Assembly (NCBI GenBank): GCA_048882325.1
Contig: JBHLRS010000017.1
Location: 162 to 64,161, forward strand
DNA: 64,000 nucleotides
Reading direction: 5' to 3'
Source: Candidatus Thorarchaeota archaeon
Lineage (GTDB): Archaea; Asgardarchaeota; Thorarchaeia; Thorarchaeales; Thorarchaeaceae
Under the pieces are notes generated by a model. The model was not told the origin of the DNA, ran no database searches, and saw nothing but the letters and a program-made list of their open reading frames with translations. Below are positions 37,712 through 47,661 of the stretch, piece after piece. The first letter of the stretch is position 1, and the number at the start of each line of letters is the position of its first letter. The position numbers were made by a program, and so were the translations under genes.

Positions 37712-38680
37712 ATGGTGCCTATTAGTAGGATAGATCCAACTGCAAATCAGCTCTACTTTAGAGGAATCAATGCCGTGGATCTTGCTCGATCAAGAGATTA
37801 TGAATCAGTGTTGTTCTTGTTAGTTAACGGGAACCTTCCAACAGATGACCAAAAAAGGAATCTCATCAGTCGCATGAATCAATTCAGAGATCTTTACACT
37901 GAAGATATGAAGTCGTTGGAATCTCTGATAGACAACCTTCCAAGTTTAACAGACGAAAATGATCTTAGCAATCATGATACTTTGCTTGCATATGTTTCCC
38001 TATGTCCAATAGTCATAGCAAATCAGTTTGTTATTTCAAGAGGAGAAGAAGTGAAAATTCCACACAAGGGATTGGGTCATGCTGCTAATTTTCTATGGCA
38101 AGCAAGAGGGATATCACCTATGGAGAGGGATTTAAGGGACTTCCAGAATGCCCTGATACTTCCTATGGATGACCCTGATAATCCTTCACTCTCAGCGTTA
38201 ATAGCAGCATATGAAGGCAGGAGGTTGGAAGACTCCTTGCAGGCTGCACTTAAAGCACATGTTGGTCCCCTTCATCATGGTGCTGGAACACTTGCGATGG
38301 AAATGTTCGATGAAATCCAGAAACCTGAAAATACGAAGGCACATCTTGAGAGGAGATTGAGTTCTGGAAAGAAGATTTTTGGCTTGGGCCATCGAATCTA
38401 TACTGGGATCGATCCACGGGCAGTAGAACTTCGAGAGATGCTCCAAGCCAGAACTGAGAAGACTTGTGACGAGTGGATACTGCATGTTGCAGACACTGTT
38501 GCAAAAGTGGGTGGGAAACTACTCGCGAAACACAAAGGTATCGAAGCCTACCCAAACATAGACCTTTACAACGCAGCAGTGTACTACACCTTTGGTTTTC
38601 CTCCTGAAATGAATACAGCGCTATTTGCAATTTCTCGAGCTGCGGGATGGATGGCTCACCTTCTTGAAATCGAGCAGTAA
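37712..38680 (+). CDS. citrate synthase family protein, short form (322 aa)
   Basis: N-terminal YFRGINAVDLA...LFLLVNGNLPT matches the citrate synthase small-domain entry. GPLHHGAG and GLGHRIYTGIDPR match the two catalytic His regions. It is roughly 50 to 100 aa shorter than typical citrate synthases. Confidence 0.65.
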   Translation: MVPISRIDPTANQLYFRGINAVDLARSRDYESVLFLLVNGNLPTDDQKRNLISRMNQFRDLYTEDMKSLESLIDNLPSLTDENDLSNHDTLLAYVSLCPIVIANQFVISRGEEVKIPHKGLGHAANFLWQARGISPMERDLRDFQNALILPMDDPDNPSLSALIAAYEGRRLEDSLQAALKAHVGPLHHGAGTLAMEMFDEIQKPENTKAHLERRLSSGKKIFGLGHRIYTGIDPRAVELREMLQARTEKTCDEWILHVADTVAKVGGKLLAKHKGIEAYPNIDLYNAAVYYTFGFPPEMNTALFAISRAAGWMAHLLEIEQ

Positions 38681-38921
38681 TATCATACTCGGAAACTTCG
38701 GGAATCAGTTATATGCTAAATTATCGAAAGAGTTTCTGCCATAGAACATAGAAAAAGAGTAAATCAAGTGAACAAGTGTAGACGGAAACATGTTGGTTAA
38801 TTCAGTGCCATCAACGTAAGACTGTCGACTCTCTTTCTTGTCGGTTCTCTGGTCTCATTCTGTTTATTCTGTGTTCTGTCGAAACTCCAATTCTAGTGGT
38901 TCTTGGTTAGGAGGTAAAAGA

Positions 38922-40277
38922 ATGAAGAACGAAAAGTCGATTCAAGAGATTAATGAGAAGATCAGAAATGGTAGTGTTAAAGTGGTCACCGCTACCGAGA
39001 TGACAGAGATCGTGGCTGAGCTTGGACCAAACGCCGCTGTTCATGAAGTCGATGTGGTCACTACTGGCACATTTGGTGCAATGTGTTCCTCAGGTATGTG
39101 GATGAACTTTGGCCATTCTGAGCCTCCGATGAAAATGTCCAAGATTTGGTTGAATGATGTCGAAGCATACGGAGGTGTTGCTGCTGTAGATGCTTATATC
39201 GGAGCTACTCAACTTTCTGAAACAAGAGGAATTGAATATGGTGGAGGTCATGTTATCGAGGACCTAATCCGGAGAAAATCGGTACATCTTAGAGCCGAGG
39301 CATATGGGACAGACTGTTACCCGAGGAAGGAACTCTCTATTGAGATCAACATTGATGAGATGAATCAAGCAACTATGTCGAATCCGCGCAATTGCTACGA
39401 ACGCTATGTGGTAGCTGTAAATTCGTCCAACAAGACAATCTATACCTACATGGGCAAATTGCTACCGGAGTTTGGGAATGCAACATATTCTGGAGCTGGA
39501 GAGCTGGCACCAATTCCAAACGATCCTAGCTTCCGAACGATAGGAATTGGAACACGTATTTTCTTAGGTGGAGCCACAGGATACATCGTTGGACCTGGTA
39601 CGCAGCACAGTCCCGGCTCTGGATTCAGCACATTGATGGTGCAAGGTAATGTGAAGAAGATGAGTCCTGAGTTTATTCGTGGATCCTCATTCACTAATTA
39701 TGGCACCTCACTATACGTTGGAGTTGGTGTTCCGATTCCAGTTCTAAACTCTGAGGTTGCAAAGAGTACGGGTATTTCAAACAGTGAAATCCGGACGAAT
39801 GTGCTTGATTATGGAATACCCTCTAGAGGGCGACCCACTATTACAACTGTGAATTATGAAGAACTGAAGTCTGGAGCAATCGATGTAAATGGTGTCGAAA
39901 TAAAGACATCACCAATCTCAAGCTTTGGCGTAGCAGGAAAGATTGCCAAAGTGTTGGCACACCAAATCAAAACTGGTGGATTCCTATTGAGTGAGGCTGT
40001 GCAACCATTGCCAAATGACACGCCCTGTAATCCAATGGCCCAAAGAGTATTGACGACAGTTACTCCATCGATAAGCACATTCCAACCTTCTTCAGAATAC
40101 TTTGTGAGTGTTGACACAGACCGTTGTGTAGAATGCGGCCTCTGTACATCGTTTTGTGATACAGGAGTCTTTTCGCTCAATGATGAGTGGGATTTCAAAT
40201 TCGATCCAAGTCAGTGTGTCGAGTGTGAACTCTGCAGCGATGTTTGCCCACAGAGAGCCATTGTTCTTCGGGGATGA
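38922..40277 (+). CDS. COG1900/DUF39-type homocysteine biosynthesis protein (L-aspartate-semialdehyde sulfurtransferase-like) fused to a 2x[4Fe-4S] ferredoxin domain
   Basis: Start refined to the ATG at 38922 with GGAGGT upstream. About 390-aa DUF39-like body, then C-terminal CVECGLCTSFC...CVECELCSDVCP. It heads an operon with asd and aspartate kinase. Confidence 0.6.
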   Translation: MKNEKSIQEINEKIRNGSVKVVTATEMTEIVAELGPNAAVHEVDVVTTGTFGAMCSSGMWMNFGHSEPPMKMSKIWLNDVEAYGGVAAVDAYIGATQLSETRGIEYGGGHVIEDLIRRKSVHLRAEAYGTDCYPRKELSIEINIDEMNQATMSNPRNCYERYVVAVNSSNKTIYTYMGKLLPEFGNATYSGAGELAPIPNDPSFRTIGIGTRIFLGGATGYIVGPGTQHSPGSGFSTLMVQGNVKKMSPEFIRGSSFTNYGTSLYVGVGVPIPVLNSEVAKSTGISNSEIRTNVLDYGIPSRGRPTITTVNYEELKSGAIDVNGVEIKTSPISSFGVAGKIAKVLAHQIKTGGFLLSEAVQPLPNDTPCNPMAQRVLTTVTPSISTFQPSSEYFVSVDTDRCVECGLCTSFCDTGVFSLNDEWDFKFDPSQCVECELCSDVCPQRAIVLRG

Positions 40278-40288
40278 GGTGATGTCAA

Positions 40289-41020
40289 ATGAACCGGTAT
40301 GCAATACAGGTCGATGAAACAATATCCACACTGGTCACTGATGGGGATTATGAGAAGCTGACTAAGGGATACATCATTGAAGCGAGAAATGAGATTCTCG
40401 ACTATATTGAAGGACATCCTGAATTTGAAACAAGCTTCTATCCTGTGTATGTAACCAAGAGTGCAGGTCCAATAATCAAGAGAATGTCAGAGGCGAGCCT
40501 GAAGATTGATGTTGGACCTATGGCCTCTGTTGCAGGGGCGATTGCGCAATATGTCGTGGAGGAGCTTGTTAACACAGGTGTACGACATGTAATCTTCGAT
40601 AATGGCGGCGATATTGCCATGCATCTTCAGGAACCTGCAGTCATTGGAATATACAGAGGACCAATCGGAGCGCAGAACTTGGGATTTCGAATCTCAACGA
40701 TGAACAAATTACTTGGAATATGCACATCGTCAGGAACTGTTGGCCACTCTTTCAGCTTTGGAGTATCTGACGCTGCGATTGTGCAGTCTCAAGATGTTAC
40801 GCTTGCAGACGCTGTTGCAACAGCATTGGGAAACCGAATCAGTGCGGAAGAACCAGGTACAATTGCATCCGCCTTGAACGAAACCATGATTGAGGGAATT
40901 GACGGACTCATGGTCATAATCGGAAACCTAGTTGGTAGTACTGGAAACCTTCCTGATATTGTCAAGGCCAAGGTTGACTATTCTCTTATCTCAAAAGGAG
41001 GAAGGGATGAAAATTGCTGA
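40289..41020 (+). CDS. hypothetical protein, possibly COG2122/UPF0280 (ApbE-superfamily) homocysteine-pathway accessory
   Basis: 243 aa soluble protein, translationally coupled within the operon. The assignment rests mainly on context and is weak at sequence level. Confidence 0.35.
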   Translation: MNRYAIQVDETISTLVTDGDYEKLTKGYIIEARNEILDYIEGHPEFETSFYPVYVTKSAGPIIKRMSEASLKIDVGPMASVAGAIAQYVVEELVNTGVRHVIFDNGGDIAMHLQEPAVIGIYRGPIGAQNLGFRISTMNKLLGICTSSGTVGHSFSFGVSDAAIVQSQDVTLADAVATALGNRISAEEPGTIASALNETMIEGIDGLMVIIGNLVGSTGNLPDIVKAKVDYSLISKGGRDENC

Positions 41021-42066
41021 AACTTAGAGCAGGTGTCCTTGGAGCTACGGGTGTTATCGGACAGCATTTTATTAGAATACTGAAGAATCATCCTTTCTTC
41101 GAGATTTCAGCCGTGACTGGATCACCCAAGTCATCAGGGAAGACCTACGAAAAGGCAACTGATTGGATAGTTGATGAATCGGTCCCTGAAGTTGTGGCGG
41201 ATTTGGTTGTGCTTAATACAGAATGTAAGTACATCATAAGAGAAGACATTGATGTCGCATTTAGCGCACTTCCTGCGAATGTAGCCTTTAATGTAGAGGA
41301 TGAGCTGGCAAAAGCAGGTATTCCGGTTTTCTCAAATGCAAGTGCTCATAGGATGAAGAATTCAGTGCCAATATTGATTCCAGAAATCAATCCTAGTCAT
41401 CTAAATCTTGTAAACTTGCAGCAATATGACGATGGTTTCATCATTACCAATTCTAACTGCTCAACATCTGGACTTGTCTTTGGATTGAAACCCCTAGAAC
41501 AATTCGGGATAAAGGACGTTGTTGTTACAACATATCAAGCTGTGTCAGGTGCTGGTCGAACTGGCGTTGGTTCAATGGATATACTTGGTAATGTAATCCC
41601 ATTCATTGGTAACGAGGAATCCAAAATTGAACAAGAAGCACGACATATACTAGGGAAGGAAAATGACGGGAAAATCCATCCAGCTCCGTTTTCGGTAAAT
41701 GCCACATGTGCTCGTGTTCCCGTGTCAGACGGCCATCTAGAAAGTATTGTTGTCCAACTTGAGAAACAATTCAGCGTGGAAGATGTCATTGAAGCATTCA
41801 AAGATTTCAAGGGAGAACAAGAAACTCTCGAGCTTCCAACTGCACCATCGACACCCATTACTGTTTTCACAGAACCGGACCGCCCTCAACCAGCAAGGGA
41901 CATATCTTTCATCAATGGTGGAAAAGGAATGGATGTCAAGATTGGTAGAATACGGAAACAGGATAATCGTGTGAACTTCTTCCTACTTGTTCACAATGCA
42001 ATACGAGGTGCGGCTGGAGCATCAGTTCTCAATGCTGAGTTCACAAAGGCAAAAGGGGTGTTCTAA
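41014..42066 (+). CDS. asd: aspartate-semialdehyde dehydrogenase (archaeal type)
   Basis: N-terminal GVLGATGVIGQ Rossmann motif and active-site NSNCSTSGLV. 350 aa. Confidence 0.85.
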   Translation: MLKLRAGVLGATGVIGQHFIRILKNHPFFEISAVTGSPKSSGKTYEKATDWIVDESVPEVVADLVVLNTECKYIIREDIDVAFSALPANVAFNVEDELAKAGIPVFSNASAHRMKNSVPILIPEINPSHLNLVNLQQYDDGFIITNSNCSTSGLVFGLKPLEQFGIKDVVVTTYQAVSGAGRTGVGSMDILGNVIPFIGNEESKIEQEARHILGKENDGKIHPAPFSVNATCARVPVSDGHLESIVVQLEKQFSVEDVIEAFKDFKGEQETLELPTAPSTPITVFTEPDRPQPARDISFINGGKGMDVKIGRIRKQDNRVNFFLLVHNAIRGAAGASVLNAEFTKAKGVF

Positions 42067-43442
42067 TGAAAGTAATGAAATTTGGAGGGGGGTGTCTTCG
42101 ATCTCCTGAGAGCTTTCAGAAAGTAATTTCGATTGTGCAAAAAGAGCAAACTGAAAGGATTGTCCTCGTTGTATCAGCGATTTACGGAGTGACTAACAAG
42201 TTAGAAGAAGCATCTCAAATTGCACTTCAATCAGAGGAGCGAATACAAGATGTTGTAGCTGAGATTCGTGAATTTCATCAAGATATTGTAGTCAATTCAA
42301 TTGAAAACTCACGACATCAAGAGGAGGTGTTAAGCAAACTAGAAGTCAAACTTCAGAAGCTGGAGAGGCTACTATTTGGTGTTGCATACACAGGAGAGAT
42401 CAGCAAGACTGTTAGAATCCTAATTCTGAGTCAGGGAGAAAGACTCTCATCAGTTATTCTTGAGGCTGTTCTAAACAATGCAAACATCGAAGCACAGGCA
42501 TTCGAAGCTGATGATATTGGAATCCAAACTGATTCTGTATGTTTCAATGCAACAGCCAACCTTCGAGTAACACAGCGTAATCTGACTGAACATCTTACTC
42601 CTCTTCTTGAAGAAGGAACTATTCCAGTGATCACAGGCTTCTTTGGTTGCACAGACGAAGGCCAAGTCTCTTCTTTTGGAAGAAATGGTTCAGACTACAG
42701 TGCAGCTGTAGTTGCTCATGCCTTGAATGCAGAGAGCGTCCATATCTGGAAAGACGTCGATGGTTTCATGACTGCAGACCCTAAAATCGTTCAAAACTCC
42801 ATCCGAGTCGATACATTGTCTTACATAGAGGCTGCTGAGCTGTCATACTTTGGTGCGATGATCCTCCATCCTCGGACTGTTGAACCACTTGCAGGTACAA
42901 GAATAAAGATCTACATTCGAAACATAAAATCGCCAGAAAATTCCATAACGGTGATCCAACCAGAAGGTCACAAAGAGAGCGATGTGATCAAAAGCGTGAC
43001 TGCGAACGAAAATATTGCTATTTTGAGAATCCATGGTGCTGGTGTGGGACATAGACCGGGCATTATTGGTGAGATTGGTAAAATGCTCTCAAACGTGGAC
43101 ATCAACATCTTCTCAGTACTGACATCACAGACATGCATTAACCTTCTTTTAGATGCTGATGATTCTGGTACGAGTGTCGATGCATTGAGAAACCTTGTAG
43201 GAGGTGTAATTGAGAGGATTGAATTGAAAAAGAATGTAGCACTGGTTGCAGTTGTGGGTGAGGGGCTCCTTACGACAGAAGGATTAGCTGCAAGGGTTTT
43301 CACAGCTGTGGCAAAAGGAGGAATCAATGTGGAGATGTTTGCGGCTGGTGCCTCCGAGGTCGCATGCTACTTCATTGTCGAGAGGTCAGAGATGAAGCCA
43401 GCCATTCAAGCGGTACATGAGAGCTTCTTTGGTCCCAGGTGA
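42066..43442 (+). CDS. lysC: aspartate kinase
   Basis: MKVMKFGGGCLRS kinase N-terminus, amino-acid kinase fold, and two C-terminal ACT-like repeats. 458 aa. Confidence 0.85.
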   Translation: MKVMKFGGGCLRSPESFQKVISIVQKEQTERIVLVVSAIYGVTNKLEEASQIALQSEERIQDVVAEIREFHQDIVVNSIENSRHQEEVLSKLEVKLQKLERLLFGVAYTGEISKTVRILILSQGERLSSVILEAVLNNANIEAQAFEADDIGIQTDSVCFNATANLRVTQRNLTEHLTPLLEEGTIPVITGFFGCTDEGQVSSFGRNGSDYSAAVVAHALNAESVHIWKDVDGFMTADPKIVQNSIRVDTLSYIEAAELSYFGAMILHPRTVEPLAGTRIKIYIRNIKSPENSITVIQPEGHKESDVIKSVTANENIAILRIHGAGVGHRPGIIGEIGKMLSNVDINIFSVLTSQTCINLLLDADDSGTSVDALRNLVGGVIERIELKKNVALVAVVGEGLLTTEGLAARVFTAVAKGGINVEMFAAGASEVACYFIVERSEMKPAIQAVHESFFGPR

Positions 43443-43510
43443 GAACAATCTTGTTCTCACTCTTTTTCTCTAACATACAAGAAGACTTTTCATAACCGGT
43501 CTGGAGAAAC

Positions 43511-44719
43511 GTGTTTGGAGAGCGCACAATGAAAGCAATCATCAACGCTACTATTCTTTGTCCAGTTAATGGACTCATCAAGAATGGGACTGTCCTTTTC
43601 AACGGTAAAATCAAAGAAGTTGGAAAGACCATGGAGGTTCCAAGTGGAACCAAGAAATTTAATGCTAAAGGAAAGTATGTTGTTCCAGGATTCATCGATG
43701 CTCATACCCATCAGGGTTTGTTTGATGGCTCAATAGGTTGGGCAGGGATGGATGGTAATGAGATGACTAGGGCTGTGACACCTGAGATGAGAGGTATTGA
43801 TTCTTTCAACCCGGATGAACCCTCACTGAAAGAGTTGTTAATTGGAGGTGTCACTTGCATCAACACCGGACCTGGATCCGGTAATGTGATTTCAGGTGAA
43901 GCATTTGTCATCAAAGCTACAGGAGCATCCACTGTTGACGAAATGTTAGTACTCTCACCATCTGGTCTTAAAGTAGCATTTGGTGAGAATCCAAAGAGGA
44001 TTCATGGTGCAGAAAAACGTACTCCATCAACACGAATGGGTGTTGCAGCATTGCTCAGGAGTACTCTCGCTGATGCCCGTAGTTATAAGATGAAGGTTCA
44101 AGCCTACCTTGAAAAAGCTGAGGAGGCAAAGGCAAAGGGGGAGACACCACCTCTGAATCCACCACCACGGGACATTGGTCTTGAAACAGTCATCAAAGTG
44201 TTAAACAAAGAGATCCCAATTCACGCCCACGCTCATAGAGCTGATGATATTGCCACTGTGATTAGGATTGCCAAAGAGTTTGATATCAGAGTAGTACTCA
44301 TCCATTGCACAGAGGGCCACAAGATTAAGAGAACTATCGCAAAATCTAACTTCCCTGCTGTAATCGGTCCAACAATGTTTTGGACAAGCAAGCCTGAAAC
44401 AAGGGAGAGAGGCTTTAAGACAGCGGTTGAGCTGAATGAAGCAGGAGTTAAGGTTGCTCTGCAAACGGATTCACTGACACCTATGAACTACTTCCCATTG
44501 CTACCAATGAATGTCATTAAAGAGGGCATGAGTAAGGAGGATGCTCTCAAATGTGTCACCATCAATCCAGCTGAGATACTCAACATTCATGACCGTGTAG
44601 GTTCTCTCGAACCTGGAAAGGACGCGGATATGGTCATTTGGTCTGGAGACCCATTTGATTTCTATAGTAAGGTAGAGCATGTATTCATTGAAGGGAAGAG
44701 CATCCCATTGAATAAATAG
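43511..44719 (+). CDS. amidohydrolase family protein (metal-dependent hydrolase)
   Basis: PGFIDAHTHQG metal-binding HxH motif and a downstream HAHAH block. 402 aa. Confidence 0.7.
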   Translation: MFGERTMKAIINATILCPVNGLIKNGTVLFNGKIKEVGKTMEVPSGTKKFNAKGKYVVPGFIDAHTHQGLFDGSIGWAGMDGNEMTRAVTPEMRGIDSFNPDEPSLKELLIGGVTCINTGPGSGNVISGEAFVIKATGASTVDEMLVLSPSGLKVAFGENPKRIHGAEKRTPSTRMGVAALLRSTLADARSYKMKVQAYLEKAEEAKAKGETPPLNPPPRDIGLETVIKVLNKEIPIHAHAHRADDIATVIRIAKEFDIRVVLIHCTEGHKIKRTIAKSNFPAVIGPTMFWTSKPETRERGFKTAVELNEAGVKVALQTDSLTPMNYFPLLPMNVIKEGMSKEDALKCVTINPAEILNIHDRVGSLEPGKDADMVIWSGDPFDFYSKVEHVFIEGKSIPLNK

Positions 44720-44723
44720 ACAA

Positions 44724-45617
44724 CTACCACGTTGATATGACATCTATGGTCGCTTGTCTTTCCTCGTTAGAGATAGGATGAATTGGAGGTCTGCAGAAAC
44801 CTCCTGTCAATCCTACATGGTCCATAGCTGCTTTCACGATGGGCACATTGTTAGCTGCACCCCTACCCTCACGAAGATTTTCAAGAGGAGTGATCATCTT
44901 CTGAACTTTCATTGCTTCCTCGAAATCACCTCTCTTAAGAGCATCAAACATTCTTTTAGAAACTTGAGGAGCAAAGTTACACAAACCACTTGTGAAAGCT
45001 GTTGCTCCAGCTAGAAAGAAGAAAGGTGCAAATCGTTCAGCTGTCCCACAGGACCAAACAATCCTGTGACCCAACTTATGAACAGTCCGTGAGAAATCAA
45101 CAATGCGGCCAAAGGCATACTTTACACCAACCAGATTTTCAAATTTCATTAGTTTCTCAAGCATCGAGTCGGTGAGAAGTGGACCTTTCTTATAGAGCAC
45201 GACATTGAGGTTTCTTGCAGCATCTAGTAAAGTGCGATAATAACCCAGAAGACCTTCCTCAGAAACAAAGACATGCTGAGGATAGTGAATCATGACTGCA
45301 CTAACACCAAAATTTCTCACTGTTTCAATCTGAGATTTCGCTGTAGTTGTTGAATGTCCTATACCAGACATTACAGTTGATCCATTTCTAGATGCATCCA
45401 CGGTAGCTCTGAGTACAGTTTCCCACTCGTTCTTTGAGAGAGAGTAGAACTCCCCAGTATTGCCATTGGGAATAATCAACGGAACTTTGCATTTGGTCAA
45501 GAACTCAATGTTGGTTGATATTGCATCACAGTTCACCTCTGATAGATCATCAGTGAAGGGCGTTATTGTGGTAACTGAAAATCCACTGAGGATATTTTTG
45601 AACTTCTCGTGATCCAT
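44724..45617 (-). CDS. dihydrodipicolinate synthase/N-acetylneuraminate lyase family (class I aldolase)
   Basis: TPF...TGE motif (TTITPFTDD, GNTGEFYSL) and a Schiff-base lysine region (VGVKYA). 297 aa. Confidence 0.65.
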   Translation of the reverse strand: MDHEKFKNILSGFSVTTITPFTDDLSEVNCDAISTNIEFLTKCKVPLIIPNGNTGEFYSLSKNEWETVLRATVDASRNGSTVMSGIGHSTTTAKSQIETVRNFGVSAVMIHYPQHVFVSEEGLLGYYRTLLDAARNLNVVLYKKGPLLTDSMLEKLMKFENLVGVKYAFGRIVDFSRTVHKLGHRIVWSCGTAERFAPFFFLAGATAFTSGLCNFAPQVSKRMFDALKRGDFEEAMKVQKMITPLENLREGRGAANNVPIVKAAMDHVGLTGGFCRPPIHPISNEERQATIDVISTW

Positions 45618-45663
45618 ATAATCACCTCAGTCCAAGAACATGATTAGTATTGTGACTGAAATA

Positions 45664-46731
45664 TCACTCGATTGAACCACTAGAATGAAGGGTATAAGGT
45701 TCTAGATTCTCAAACCACTCCACGTTTGTTGCAATGGTGTCCATGATTGGCAGCTCATAAGGACACTTGGTCTCACACTCACCACACTGCGTGCAATTCT
45801 TGAATGTCCCGACAGCTTTTGCAGTGTTGTTGAAATAACGGTCTCCATAACTATCTACCAATTTCGCATTCATCAACCGAGATATGGACACACCATTTGG
45901 ACAAGGCATGCAATATTCGCACCATCTACAGAATCTCGTTCCTAAGTCAACTCGGATGTCCTGCATTCTTTTTTCATCGGAAGCTGTTAACTCCCAAGAG
46001 CCATTCACAATATCAACGATCTCTTTAATTTCCTTAAAGCTCTTCACTCCTGGGTCTGGCAAGACATTATCAAACTGGAGAAGGTATTTGATGGCGAGGT
46101 CAGCATATCTTAGGTTTCCACCCCCAAAGGGTTTCATTGCAATAAACCCGACATTCATTCTCTTAGCCAAAGGAACTAGCTTTTCCACAGCCTCATTGTT
46201 CACGAAGTTGACAGGAAACTGAACAGTTTCGAAGTTTCCTGACGCAACCATTTTGAGTGCAGTGTCTATTGAGTGACTGCTGAATCCAATATGGCGAATG
46301 GTTCCCGAGTCAAGTGCTTCCTTAGCTGCTTCCATTGCTCCACCAGGGGAAATAATGCGCTGATAGGCCTCATCGGTGTTAACACCATGAAACTGCCAGA
46401 TGTCTATGTAATCAGTTTCAAGTCTTTTGAGACTAAATTGTATGTGTTTCAATGCGCCATTCTTTGTCCGAACACTTGACTTAGTCGCTATCACGACTTG
46501 GTTTCTTCTACCAGCAACTCCTTGTCCAATCAATTCTTCACTGGATTTCTTTTTACTGGAGTATGCATTTGCAGTGTCAATGAATGTGATTCCAAGATCC
46601 AAAGCATACTTCACTACCTCAACTGCTTCTTTAACAGGAAGTCGAAGAATCGGAATCCCTCCAATCCCCACTCTTGAAACTTCAAGTCCCGTCATCCCTA
46701 GTAGAATCGTCTTCAAAAGACATACCTCCAA
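45664..46731 (-). CDS. aldo/keto reductase with C-terminal Fe-S cluster-binding extension
   Basis: AKR N-terminus (GMTGLEVSRVGIGG, FIDTANAY) and C-terminal CRWCEYCMPCP...CTQCGECETKCP. Confidence 0.75.
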   Translation of the reverse strand: MEVCLLKTILLGMTGLEVSRVGIGGIPILRLPVKEAVEVVKYALDLGITFIDTANAYSSKKKSSEELIGQGVAGRRNQVVIATKSSVRTKNGALKHIQFSLKRLETDYIDIWQFHGVNTDEAYQRIISPGGAMEAAKEALDSGTIRHIGFSSHSIDTALKMVASGNFETVQFPVNFVNNEAVEKLVPLAKRMNVGFIAMKPFGGGNLRYADLAIKYLLQFDNVLPDPGVKSFKEIKEIVDIVNGSWELTASDEKRMQDIRVDLGTRFCRWCEYCMPCPNGVSISRLMNAKLVDSYGDRYFNNTAKAVGTFKNCTQCGECETKCPYELPIMDTIATNVEWFENLEPYTLHSSGSIE

Positions 46732-46792
46732 ATGGCTGAAACCATAGCAGGCAAAGTAGAAGTAATAAGTTTTCTAAACTACGCACTAAGGA

Positions 46793-47635
46793 TTATGGGA
46801 AATTACTCATCAGGTTGAACTTGCTTTCTGGCGAGGTGAAGTCCACCACGAATTCGTCATATGTGCCTGTACAGGGGTTTCCAGCTACAACTTTAATTCT
46901 AAACTCGAAGGAATCGCTTTCAATACTTGATACTTCTGCAATGTAGCTGTATACAGTTTCACCAAGATACGGTTCTGATTGAGGATTTTCTGAGCGATGC
47001 CTGCAAATCGAATTGAATCCGCGACCCTCTTTATGAGAACTCAACAATTGAGTCATGTCCATGAAGGAGGTCGCTTCGTCAAGAAGCTTTGCAGCCTCCT
47101 GTCTTCTACTCTGACTCGTTATGAGTGGGCCTCCAGCTTCGCGTTCCGCTAAGGAGGCACGTCGAAGAATATCAGCTGTCGGGAGAAGTAAGTGATGATT
47201 GGTTCTTGTGATTATCCTTGCATCTGTTTCAAGAACTGCAACACCATCACCGATCTCAATCGCACCAACTCCAGATGGCGAAGCAAGTACAAAATTACAC
47301 CACTGGTATCGGTTCCCGCTTTCAAGATCGGATTGAACTAACTCAAACGCATCCTCAATTGTTTCTGTTTCTCTAAGGACTCTCTCTAATAGAGCATCAT
47401 ACGCCATATGTGGTGTAACTAGAACCGTGGTGTTGCATCCTGCCAGCCCGTTTTTGTTGAACCCAAAAGATGCGCCTACCTGTTCACCATCTCCAACATT
47501 GACGCCTCTGACAAAGAACACATTCGAATCAAAAAAGACCGAATCTCTGAAACCACCCCAAATTAGGTCCCTGTTCTTAAGGAGATAATAGCGGTTTCCA
47601 ATGATCTTAGCTCCAGCTGTACAACCATCAGGCAT
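46793..47635 (-). CDS. Ntn-hydrolase superfamily protein (peptidase C45 / choloylglycine-hydrolase-like), putative
   Basis: N-terminal MPDGC-TAG with Cys5 as candidate N-terminal nucleophile, followed by NRD and a beta-rich body. Weak family assignment. Confidence 0.35.
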   Translation of the reverse strand: MPDGCTAGAKIIGNRYYLLKNRDLIWGGFRDSVFFDSNVFFVRGVNVGDGEQVGASFGFNKNGLAGCNTTVLVTPHMAYDALLERVLRETETIEDAFELVQSDLESGNRYQWCNFVLASPSGVGAIEIGDGVAVLETDARIITRTNHHLLLPTADILRRASLAEREAGGPLITSQSRRQEAAKLLDEATSFMDMTQLLSSHKEGRGFNSICRHRSENPQSEPYLGETVYSYIAEVSSIESDSFEFRIKVVAGNPCTGTYDEFVVDFTSPESKFNLMSNFP

Positions 47636-47661
47636 GGATGAATACTTGTCTTATTATCATA

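Noticed and set aside
38681-38921. Possible SAM/Met riboswitch in the 240-nt leader of the homocysteine operon
   Set aside because: No SAM-I, SAM-II or other recognisable riboswitch consensus was seen by eye. Left as plain promoter and leader.
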